Assembly: GCA_002269645.1 (NCBI GenBank)
Contig: NIVC01001136.1
Span: 30,721 to 94,720, forward strand
Source of the DNA: Macrostomum lignano
Lineage: Eukaryota
Direction of reading: 5' to 3'
Length of the DNA stretch: 64,000 nt
Made by a program: the position numbers and the translations under genes. Positions 34,301-43,800 of the stretch are shown here, piece by piece (the first letter of the stretch is position 1; each line of letters starts with the position of its first letter). The notes below the pieces were generated by a model. That model saw only the letters and a program-made list of their open reading frames with translations, was not told where the DNA came from and ran no database searches.

Positions 34301-35527
34301 GTTTTATGGGACGCAATGTCCATTCTCTTGTTGGATGTAATGCTCACAAATCTCTTATGGGACACCATATCCACTCTCTTGTAGCCGTGGGACGCAATGT
34401 CCACTCTCTTATGGGACACCATATCCACTCTCTTGTAGCCGTGGGACGCAATGTCCACTCTCTTATGGGACACCATATCCACTCTCTTGTAGCCGTGGGA
34501 CGCAATGTCCACTCTCTTATGGGACACCATATCCACTCTCTTGTAGCCGTGGGACGCAATGTCCACTCTCTTATGGGACACCATATCCACTCTCTTGTAG
34601 CCGTGGGACGCAATGTCCACTCTCTTATGGGACACCATATCCACTCTCTTGTGGGACACCAAATCCACTCTCTTGTAGCCGTGGGACGCAATGTCCACTC
34701 TCTTGTGGGACACCAAATCCACTCTCTTGTAGCTGTGGGACGCAATGTCCACTCTCTTGTGGGATTTGATGCCAACCACTCTCTTGTGGGACACCATATC
34801 CACTCTCTTGTGTAACGCAATATCCACTCTCTTGTGGGACACCATATCCACTCTCTTGTGTAACGCAATATCCACTCTCTTGTGTGACGCAATTCAACCA
34901 CTCCTTGCGGGACGCTACAAATATTATAGACCTACACTGTCACTACGTCGTAGAACTTCAGTTAAATTGGCTCTTGAACTAATTTGATCATTTTTTCAAA
35001 TTACATCTTGGACACTTCTTAGAGAACCTCTCGACGACTGGTACAGCCTCTCCTATGTGTGGTTTCCCATAATCGGATCCGCTGCAACCACGGCTGGCGG
35101 CTTTATTGTGTCGTTATTTACGCGTAAGCAGTTTGTTCTAATGCTAGTTGTGTCTGGTTTAACGAATTCGAAATGTCATTCAAGTAATTCTATACTTGTT
35201 TAAGGCGGCTACCGCGAAGAAGTCGACGAAGCATTTATCAATCCGTACTTTGTTCGCTTCTACAAGTTCTTAAGTCGCTCCTGCAACATAAACCTGATGC
35301 GCGCCACTCCCAGCAACGCTGTGCAGCCTGTCGATGACGCGGAAGCGATTGAGGTGTCTGAGCTTTCCAAGCAGTCCAACTCTCCGAGTCGGCAGGGTGA
35401 TGACGAACCTAAGCCTGTCAACCAATCAGAAGACGAGGTGCAGCCAGGAGAAGTAACTGACGAACCTAAGCGTGAAGGCCAATCAGGAGAGGAGGATCGA
35501 CCAGTTGCTGATAAGAAAACAGACTAG
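19371..35527 (+). CDS. SLC5 sodium:solute symporter (SMCT/SMVT/NIS-like) copy 1, ~683 aa, 15 exons
   Basis: Exons 19371-19575, 20926-21188, 22454-22522, 22626-22677, 23437-23510, 23752-23832, 23925-23998, 25026-25163, 25697-25832, 27239-27324, 27437-27552, 33056-33213, 33994-34169, 35023-35123 and 35205-35527. All GT-AG, 2052 nt, in frame. Motifs: DYVVLGVFL, EEFVMGGR, PVALSLLVSFNSAILILGGPAEIY, YLELRF, GGLKAVIWTDVFQ, QASVQRY, PGLFIASLFAGALSSVSSSLSALA, GAPLLGLF, YSLSYVW. Confidence 0.92.
19635..20080. repeat. 16-bp minisatellite, SLC5-1 intron 1
   Basis: (GATCGGTAGTTTCCTC)n. Confidence 0.95.
20793..20915. repeat. (TACT)/15-bp compound microsatellite next to the exon 2 acceptor
   Basis: (CTACTTACTTACTTA)n. 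Also at ~40790-40975 and ~56718-56838. Confidence 0.95.
21500..22412. repeat. 37-bp minisatellite, SLC5-1 intron 2
   Basis: (GTAGCTGACGTCACGGGACTGTCGTAAAGAGTTTTCT)n, about 24 units with recurring variants. Confidence 0.95.
22935..23345. repeat. 20-bp GC-rich minisatellite, SLC5-1 intron 4
   Basis: (GGCGCCCCTGTCTCTCGGTT)n variants. Confidence 0.95.
24325..24895. repeat. (GAGAG)n microsatellite, SLC5-1 intron 7
   Basis: Direct reading of the sequence. Confidence 0.97.
25240..25393 (+). mobile_element. Diverged SINE 5' fragment, SLC5-1 intron 8
   Basis: GGGCACAGCAGCCCAGCAGTAAACGCG head, and ...CAGTGAAGTGTACA...GGGCCGCTGTACA matching the SINE body. Equivalent copies at ~45357 and ~61141. Confidence 0.55.
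26432..26995. repeat. ~46-bp minisatellite containing the SINE 5' end, SLC5-1 intron 9
   Basis: (TTTTTTATGATTTTTAGGCATGGTACATGTGCGGGGGGCCGTAGCC)n, about 12 units. Confidence 0.95.
26996..27170 (+). mobile_element. 3' half of the tRNA-derived SINE
   Basis: GCCTGCTCAGGGGAGTCGGCGGAATGGG...TGTCGCTTAAAGTGCGCCAGGGTGCACACA matches the reverse complement of 33421-33570 and ends in an A-rich tail. Confidence 0.85.
27592..27832 (-). repeat. 3' LTR
   Basis: 241 bp with one visible mismatch to the 5' LTR (GGGCCAGAC vs GGGCGAGAC). Preceded on the element sense strand by the purine tract TTGAGGAGAGA (27843-27833). Confidence 0.97.
28106..32104 (-). CDS. Gag-Pol polyprotein (gag, zinc knuckle, protease, RT, RNase H, integrase), ~1332 aa
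   Basis: Uninterrupted ORF: KWKNWTRRF, CRKCGKIGHFARAC (CCHC), IIDSGAGCN (protease), WIHDDIVVFG (RT), DAG..EKEALAV..TDHRPL (RNase H), AHAGH..CRSC, DFLGP, TDNGPPF, NGMTERLNR (integrase). Integrase after RNase H is the Ty3/Gypsy order. Confidence 0.95.
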   Translation of the reverse strand: MASQAIALSPPGTFDAEGEPHTIAQKWKNWTRRFESYLVAAGIKDENQAQEILLYSAGEFIHSLVEDNSIARGESAKKLAENIQSHLDKKNNIVFLRYMFETCRQLEGEGIDAWYVRLKKLAEPCKFGDLSNSLIRDKIVAYCRSEKMRRDLLQSGDISLADTLTKIRARETAERQAQAMELGSRPVPEDVAAVSSSGRGSRAADGKSQVTCNRCGRQGHAECDTARGKSCRKCGKIGHFARACRSSKAGQLNAIPSEQENVTYLLDKDSAPVQEGIFHVASDPASARVTAQIGGTSMNIIIDSGAGCNIMDVSSFNGLPHRPPLQPASSQLFAYGSSHPLKLVGKVTLPVNVFGVSRDAPFFIFDGRGATVLGRKSAIEMEILRIGPPSSQPTPEVLAVHRSEGLIDQLLKGNRLADEDLPKQLQLRHILTKHAQVFSGIGCVKNYTATIHLTEDARPVCHAPSRVPVHLAAAVDKELKLLEDLDIIEPVNGPAPWVARMVVVPKAQTGEVRITQDLRDVNRFVIRERHQIPTFEEVTGCMAGAKVFSELDVAKAFYQILVAESCRNLLTFSTPRGLRRLKRLCMGLSTAQEILQVVMSGILAGLDKVKWIHDDIVVFGNSLEEHNRNLAACLARLQQHGVTLNPGKCKLARDKITFMGMQLSASGVQPTEDKIETVKAFKAPETTSQVRSFLGLVNYLAVFTSQLSKIAEPLRRLTKKGAVWRWSEAEDAAFKQLKQQITEAGALSFFDQRLRTELIVDAGPRGLVAILAQRREDGTSRPVAYASRSLSDVESRYSQTEKEALAVKFGCLRFQYYLHDAPRFDVITDHRPLVNMLAPGSRPPPRVERMALQIQHMNFKVVYRPGPQNAADILSRQPLATSGHNKDAQQNSASIGAVLQAAVPRALTVEDIRRHSQADPLIKAAIAAIQGARWDLGHPELRSLYALRDELAEEDGVLLRRDRIVVPSSLRETMLRLAHAGHLGLRKTLARLSSKVWWPKMSADADKAVSSCRSCIMTSHKPTVSATPLQSSSIPKGAWLSIGADFLGPVQNKMLLVCVDHYSRYPEVQVMQSTTAEAVIPKLRESFCRFGIPEELVTDNGPPFSSAQFKDFLRSFGIRHRAITPLYPAANGMTERLNRSINKVVRAAIAESRDWREALDEWILAYRTAPHATTGRAPAELLMGRALGNGVPGRRPPARVRINDKELREHDRKQKLTMKRHADAARRPREHNYAVGDQVLRKRVNPLKGQTPFESEPWTVTKVQGNSLQLRRGQATCRRHCTALKALPPEPDLVEPQAAAPDAAGPADVEQNVPIAHTPHPRAAKEGFKVYT
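32091..32103 (-). other. Putative primer-binding site
   Basis: TGGCGTCGCAAGC immediately follows the 5' LTR terminal CA; TGG complements the tRNA CCA end. Cognate tRNA not identified. Confidence 0.7.
32104..32344 (-). repeat. 5' LTR
   Basis: 241 bp, near-identical to 27592-27832. Confidence 0.97.
32697..32958. repeat. 18-20-bp GC-rich minisatellite, SLC5-1 intron 11
   Basis: (GCTACAGAGGGGGCGCCA)n variants. Confidence 0.93.
33222..33888. repeat. 27-bp minisatellite, SLC5-1 intron 12, interrupted by a SINE
   Basis: (GACTAAAGTACAATGGTTAAGATACCA)n variants. Confidence 0.92.
33417..33777 (-). mobile_element. Full-length tRNA-derived SINE
   Basis: Sense strand starts GGGGGCCGTAGCCCAGCGGTAGAGC (A box) ...GGCTCGATTCC (B box) and ends CTAATAAAAAAAA. 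Flanked by AAGTACAATGGTTA (33403-33416 and 33781-33794). Absent from the equivalent intron of copy 2. Confidence 0.88.
34290..34895. repeat. Compound 21/25/29-bp minisatellite, SLC5-1 intron 13
   Basis: Alternating CACTCTCTTGTAGCCGTGGGACGCAATGTC and CACTCTCTTATGGGACACCATATC units. Confidence 0.93.
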
Positions 35528-36366
35528 ACCGAGGGTTATGATTCAAGAGAAACAAATGTCTAGAAAGTCTAAAAGACAATGCCATGAAAACTTATTCAAG
35601 GTTGACTTTAACTCTAAATAACTTTTTCAAATCCAAATTTATCCTCGATTTTTGATACCTTTCCTACACTCCATAATGGAGGCGATTAAAATTGGAGACC
35701 ATTGTCACCCAGGCTTGTTAATCTAGAAAGTCAAATAAATATTCACGCAGGGTGTACACCCTCATGACTGTGAATCGTTGGACAAACTCCAGAAATGGAA
35801 CCAGCAAGGGTTCTGGCTTGAGACGCGTTGACCACACGAGCCTAGTGGCTCCTAATCTCAATAAAATGATTAGCATTACAGAGAACTCAGTTTTCTTTCC
35901 TAGAAGTCAATTTACTTTGCATATTATACATCCTTCTCTCACAGTTATGTTAATAAACTGAAAAGTACACACGCCCCAGCGAGTTTAATAACGCACAGAT
36001 TTTTTAATATCGCAGCCGGCGAAGAAGCAATAAGATTCACGCATTGGAATGGGTTTCAGGATTCCGTGGCACTCTGGTACATGCAGTTCGGCTTCCTCTT
36101 AGCGGGAAACTCATGACATTATATGCTAAAGGTTTGATTGATCTGCATATGGGCTCCGCGTAGGCCTGCTGCGGCTTGTTTGACAGAACATCGCCTTTCT
36201 CAATTTCTCGATCCGTAAATCTCTCGAGCTTTTGGACTCAAACCGTCTTTCTCTGCACTGTTATTTGCTGATGGCTGTGAGAAATCAGAAAACTGTGAAA
36301 TCCTGCCGTTTATATTGAATTTTAGCATTGCACTGCTGCATATCCATAATTTTATTAAAAATATTG

Positions 36367-36801
<435 letters not shown>

Positions 36802-37223
36802 TAGCCGCAGCCAATCAAGCTGAATGCACGCACACAAGATCACCGGAAACGATTAAGGCAGCTGGAAAGCCAATGGGCGCGGTAAGCGCTTTTATCCAGA
36901 GGAACTACCTGCTGGAACCAGCCATGCCGAACGAAAATCAGACTACTCAAGTAGTGCAAAAGAGTGCAAGCAACTACCGAGAAATCTAATTTTCGTAACC
37001 GCTCCGGTGCAGGTCCTGGCAAAAGATGGTAGATAGCGAGAAAGAGCGATATTTTTTAAAATCTTCTTTTTTTATAGATTTGCGGCTCTTGCACCTTTAA
37101 AATTTTGAGAAAGAAACCATCCAGTTGATTCCAGCAAACAACTGCAACTAACTGTAAATTTTCAAAGCCGAGACAACTGCAGAAAGTCAGCCCCTACTAC
37201 TTGAGAAGCTCTACGAAACGAAG

Positions 37224-38194
37224 ATGAATGCTGAACTTCTTGTAGTAATCACTCTGCTGTGTAGAACTGCTTCGTCGCAGCTCAACTGGACCGTGCAGAG
37301 AGACGACCTGAGCGAGTACAAGCTTGACAGCTCGGTGGCTGGCGTGCGGAGCGACTTGGAGTGCGCGACTCTCGCTAGACCGCAGCACCAAGCGATTAAG
37401 TTCGATCGCGAGCGGTACACTTGTCGATTGTACAGCTGCCAGCTTGGAACGAGCGGATGCAGAAAGTGCCGCAATGCGAGAAACTCGACTCTGCCTCTGC
37501 TGCTGGTAGGTGCTCACCGTGCGATCCATTTTTATTCCAATGTCTGTTGCAATCGTTATGCATTTGGCTAACCGTGATATTACAGGTGAGACAGCTGGAC
37601 GAGCTCGGACGAACCTGCTGGCGCACCTTCCAGCACCGAGTGGACGGCTCGGTAGATTTCTACCGGAACTGGACAAACTACTTGACTGAGTTCGGACAGA
37701 GCGAGGACAGAAACTACTGGATGGGTCTGGAGGCGATCCACCAGCTCACTCGAGCCGGAGACAGGCGCGTGAGGTGGGAGATGAGCGACTGGAACGGCAC
37801 TCGCTACTGGTGGGAGGACGCTCACTTCGCCGTGCAGGACGCCAGTCAAGGATACCGAGTCAGCGTCGGAGAGCCTGATGTCAGCCGGTCGAATGTTGCA
37901 ACTTGCAGTCATACCGTTGGTGCCTACATGAACAATGCGATGTTCAGCACACCGGATAAGGATCAAGACACATGGTCCAGTAACTGCGCAGTCACCTACC
38001 AAGGAGCCTGGTGGTACGGCAGTTGTCACTGCTTCAACCCGAACGGTCGGTACTTCACGCCTCCAGCAGCTTTTTACTTGTCTGAGCCGTTGTGGGCCGA
38101 CGGACTTACGTTCTCTTCCCCAGGCATTGGCTATCCGCTGAGCCACTACTACTCAATGAAGACTTTTGAATGCATGGTGGCTGCTTCTGTTTGA
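37224..38194 (+). CDS. Secreted fibrinogen-related protein D, ~296 aa
   Basis: Exons 37224-37505 and 37586-38194. Near-identical to copy C, with a few substitutions such as FGQSED. Confidence 0.87.
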
Positions 38195-38891
38195 ACAACC
38201 CGCGAATTCGAATTGTATGCGGAAGAATAAGAAACTATTTTTAGACATACTTTTTATTAAATCTTGGTAAACCAAAAGTAACTATTAGGGATCTAGGATG
38301 CTACACTCGGTTCCGATAAAATTTCTATAAAAGAGACACGATTCTTTAAGGAGCAGTTTTTGCCTTTTTCAGCAATGACCGACTGCAGATTACGGCATAT
38401 ACTTTTGCGTCACTTTAACTCACTCTTCTTATACGGCAGAGAAACCTAAAGGATTTCAATTTTTTACAGTTTACAGTTGAAGAAAAAAAATGTCTGTTCA
38501 TATCCTGCTGCAGCGACTGTGTTATAAGTGCAGGTAACAACGCAAGGTATTGCTTTTTCATTTTCTTTTTTGAGAAGAAAAGTGTGTCCTCAGAAATTCA
38601 GAAAGTTTTTAAACACTTATTTGCCATGCACGTTTGTTTTTTGACGAGCTATCTGTATCGTGCTTTATCAATCTCTAAACTAACTGCGCATATGTTGTAG
38701 ACGCTTTATAGAACGGTTTGTGTTAAAAAGTGAAATAAAGAAATGATAAGAGAAGCCTAAGTAAGTACTTAAAGCCGTTTCAATCAAGTAGTTAACTTTT
38801 CTCAAAGCCAGAAATTAATTAAGAGTTCAAATTCCTTTTTTCAACTTTCGATTACCGTTTATTGGTCTGACCGAGGAAACTCTTCAACAAA

Positions 38892-40834
38892 ATGAACAAT
38901 CCATTGTGGCAGTCAAATCTGGTGCCGCAGGCTCTGTGGAGCTCTCTACCGGGATCTCGTCAAGGCGCTGGAGCTTTCGCCAAGCACCAGCAAACTAATA
39001 ATCAGTTTTCACCTGTCGACTACGTGGTTCTGGGCGTCTTTCTGACCGCTTCACTGGCGGTCGGGATTGTAGCAAGCTTTATAGGACGGCGAAAAGGTAC
39101 TGCAGCTGTGATATAGATTGTTTATGTAGGTACATGTATAGTCCGAAGATGCAATTTACGGATTGGTAGTTTCCTCGATCGGTAGTTTCTTCGATCGGTA
39201 CTTTCCTGATCTGTAGCTTTTTCTTTTGGTAGTTTTTTCGATCGGTAGTTTCTTCGATCGGTAGTTTCCTCGATCGGTAGTTTCTTCGATCGGTAGTTTC
39301 GTCGATCGGTAGTTTCCTCGATCGGTAGTTTCCCCGATTGATAGTTTCCACGATTGGTAGTTTCCTCAGTAGGTAGTTTCTCCAATTGGTAGTTTCCTCA
39401 ATCGGTAGTTTCTTCGAACGGTAGTTTCCTCGATCGTTAGTTTCCTCAATCGGTAGTTTCCTCAATCGGTAGTTTCCTCAATCGGTAGTTTCCTCAATCG
39501 GTAGTTTCCTCAATCGGTAGTTTCCTCAATCGGTAGTTTCCTCAATCGGTAGTTTCCTCAACCGGTAGTTTCCTCAATCGGTAGTTTCCTCAATCGGTAG
39601 TTTCCTCAATCGGTAGTTTCCTCAATCGGTAGTTTCCTCAATCGGTAGTTTCCTCAATCGGTAGTTTCCTCAATCGGTAGTTTCCTCAATCGGTAGTTTC
39701 CTCAATCGGTAGTTTCCTCAATCGGTAGTTTCCTCAATCGGTAGTTTCCTCAATTGGTAGTTTCCTCAATCGGTAGTTTCCTCAATCGGTAGTTTCCTCA
39801 ATCGGTAGTTTCCTCAATCAGTAGTTTCCTCAATCGGTAGTTTCCTCAATCAGTAGTTTCCTCAATCAGTAGTTTCCTCAATCGGTAGTTTCCTCAATCG
39901 GTAGTTTCCTCAATCGGTAGTTTCCTCAATCGGTAGTTTCCTCAATCGGTAGTTTCCTCAATCGGTAGTTTCCTCAATCGGTAGTTTCCTCAATCGGTAG
40001 TTTCCTCAATCGGTAGTTTCCTCAATCGGTAGTTTCCTCAATCGGTAGTTTCCTCAATCGGTAGTTTCCTCAATCGGTAGTTTCCTCAATCGGTAGTTTC
40101 CTCAATCGGTAGTTTCCTCAATCGGTAGTTTTCTTGATCAATTGTTTCCTTGATCAATGGTTCTTAATATGCACTTTTTCGAGCTTTTTGTTGGGTCTTT
40201 AGTATTCGAAACTCACTACTAGAAAAAGTAGTAAAAATAACTTTTTTTTAATTTGTATCTTCTGTTCTATTTAGAGTCCCTGAGTATCTCCTTGCTTGTT
40301 CTCTCCTATCCCAGGTCCAATTTTTGTCACTCTTACTAATCCACATTCCTGGTGTCACTGTGAGCAGAATGATGTACCATTTGTGTATGTAGATTACTCA
40401 GGCTCCACTTTCAGGCAGTTTGCTAAGTACGAGTAGATACCCTACTTTTAGCTTTTACCCTACTAGGAGTAGTTAAAGCGTGGGAAATGTTAGTTATTGG
40501 GAATAGATAAGGAATTTGAAAGTTGCTATACAGGTATAGAGCAGTTGGGCTCTGGGAAACTAACGCATGTCTGTTTATTATGTAACTTTCTTCAAAATTA
40601 AGTATTGCTGATCATTCTTCATTCTTTAATCTTACATAATATGATTATAAGAACAGTAGGGAAACTGGTAGCAGAATGCAACTACCAAACTCAACTACCG
40701 TACCAACTAGTGATACCCTAAGTTTTTTTTTAGTAAAAGCATCCTACTCAAAAAATTCCAGGAAAATATCTTCGGCCAAAATGTCAGTAAACCCTACTAC
40801 TTACTACTTACTTACTTACTACTTACTTACTTAC

Positions 40835-40866
<32 letters not shown>

Positions 40867-43800
40867 ACTTACTTACTTACTACTTACTTACTTACTACTT
40901 ACTTACTTACTACTTACTTACTTACTACTTATTTACTTACTACTTACTTACTTACTACTTACTTACTTACTACCTATCTTTACACAGGCAACGCAGACGA
41001 TGGCAGCGCCGGCTCGGACGAAAAAGAAGAATTCGTAATGGGCGGCCGCAAGCAGCAGGTGATCCCAGTGGCCCTGTCACTGTTGGTGTCGTTCAACTCG
41101 GCCATACTAATCCTCGGGGGTCCAGCCGAGATCTACTTCAATGGCACAATGTACGTGCTGTCAATATTTGGCGAGCAGATCGGTTGCGTTCTGGCGGCTC
41201 TGATATTCGTGCCGGTGTTTTATCAGCTGCGACTGACGAGCTCGTTCGAGGTGAGAAACTGTAGCCTTTGCCGATCGCGGTGCAACCACAAGAAGTTATG
41301 GTTGCATGAGGGGAAAAAATAAATTTTGCCTGAAAATCCATTTGTTAAAGAGATCAAAAATATATGGGAACTATAGGATCTAACGCAGAAGGTTTTTCCA
41401 AAGTTAAGAAAATCTTATAAACTCGAAAAATATTAATTGAATTTTAAACCACTTGAATAAATCTTATTCTATGATCACATGAAGTTGAGTCTGTTTGTTA
41501 TTTTGTTATTCTTATCTCCTCTTTCAGAGCTAAAAACTGCAAAAAGTTCACAAAAGTTAGACCTTATAATATATTTAATTATAACATCACGGGACTGTCG
41601 TAAAGAGCTTTATGTAGCTGACGTCTCGGGACTGTCGTAAAGAGTTTTCTGTAGCTGACGTCACGGGACTGTCGTAAAGAGTTTTCTGTAGCTGTCGTCA
41701 CGGGACTGTCGTAAAGAGTTTTCTGTAGCTGATGTCACGGGACTGTCGTAAAAAGTTTTCTGTAGCTGATGTCACGGGACTGTCGTAAAGAGTTTTCTGT
41801 AGCTGACGTCACGGGACTGTCGTTAAGAGTTTTCAGTAACTGTCGTCACGGGACTGTCGTAAAAAGTTTTCAATAACTATCGTCACGGGACTGTCGTAAA
41901 AAGTTTTCAGTAACTGTCGTCACGGGACTGTCGTAATGAGCTCTCTGTAGCTGTCGTCACGGGACTGTCGTAAAAGTTTTAAAGTAACTGTCGTCACGGG
42001 ACTGTCGTTAAGAGTTTTCAGTAACTTTTGTCACGGGACTGTCGTAAAAAGTTTTCTGTAACTGTCGTCACGGGACTGTCGTAATGAGCTCTCTGTAGCT
42101 GTCGTCACGGGACTGTCGTTAAAAGTTTTCAGTAACTGTCGTCACAGGACTGTCGTAAAGAGTTTTCTGTAGCTGACGTCACGGGACTGTCGTTAAGAGT
42201 TTTCAGTAACTGTCGTCACGGGACTGTCGTTAAGAATTTTCAGTAGCTGACGTCACGGGACTGTCGTAAAGAGTTTTCTGTAGCTGACGTCACGGGACTG
42301 TCGTTAAGAGTTTTTCTAGCCAAGAATTCATCAAGAATTCTCGTAATTTCATTGCAGTATCTCGAGCTGAGATTCAAGTCTCGTCTTGTTCGACTGATGG
42401 GAAATTTCCTGCTTCTAATTAATAACGTGAGTATATAGTGGCTTTTACTAAAACTTATAGGTGCCTGTGTTCTTCAACGTACACTTTATTACCTGATATA
42501 GATTTATCTGATTTGACAAAAACTTATAGGTGATCTACATGGGAATTGCATTGTACGCTCCAGCCACTGCCTTGCAGTATGGTAAGTCGCATTGTGAAAT
42601 GCAGGCATCTGTTTAAGTCAATACAGGTGCTGCACTTGCAAATTAGGCAAAATTTCGCTGTAGGTCGTTTATCGTTGAAAAAATGCATTAGCTTGATAGC
42701 GGAGGGATTGATGGTTATTTCTCAGCCTAATGGAACTGAAGTCCTAATATCTCACCCTTTCGACTTTTTAACTGGCATGTACACAGGAACTTTTATTTAT
42801 TGTAGGGGGTAGCAATCATTAGGGGCACCACTATTTGGTGCTTTGGTGGGCGCCCCTGTCTCTTGGTGGGCGCCCCTGTCTTTCGGTTGGCGCCCCTGTC
42901 TCTCGGTTGGCGCCCCTGTCTCTCGGTTGGCGCCCCTGTCTCTCGGTTGGCGCCCCTGTCTCTTGGTTGGCGGCCATTCCCCTGTCTTCTACGTGTAGTA
43001 GCCTTATACTTTTGTTACCTTAATTGAAGTATGGATATTGACATTCATAATTTTGCAATCCGTTAAACACTTTTAGTTTCCAACGGTGCCATCCCCGTTG
43101 AAGCGTCAATCGCCGTGAGCGGTGTGATCTGCACTTTCTACACAGCCTGGGTTAGTGACTACACGCATGCTTCTGTCATAGCCGCTATCGTTATTTTTTG
43201 TTACGAATAAGTCTTAAGATTCAATTTCTACTACTGTTATTAATCTTCCATAGCGAAGATAGTTATTAGAGTAGATTGTAGGTAACCAAAGCTTGTTAAG
43301 CGTAGGGATTGATTGTAACTAACTGTTGACTACATGGCGACCCCTGATTCGTTTCCTAAGGTTGTCCTCAGGTTGTTGTCATGCGATTTACAGCCATAAG
43401 AGGCAAACTATCCCCCCACTACAGAGAGTGTACATGTTTGTTGAAAATTATCACTATTTTGATATTCCAAAAGTTCTAGCTCGTAATATTCACTTTGTGT
43501 CATTTCAATCAGGGCGGACTCAAGGCTGTGATCTGGACTGATGTGTTTCAATCGGTTGTGATGACGGCAGGAATTTTGGCTATCATTATTCGGGTAAGTT
43601 AAAAGTTTACTTACCCGAAAGTCAAACAAAATGCTTGAACTTGATCTTGTATTATTACATAGTTTACAATTAATTTCTGTTGCAGGGACTCATTGACCTG
43701 GGTGGCATTGGAAATGTGTGGCAGATATCGTACAAATATGGTCGCATCGAGTTCGACAAGTGAGTGTCAATAATGTCCCTTTTAAACTTCAGTTGCGTTG

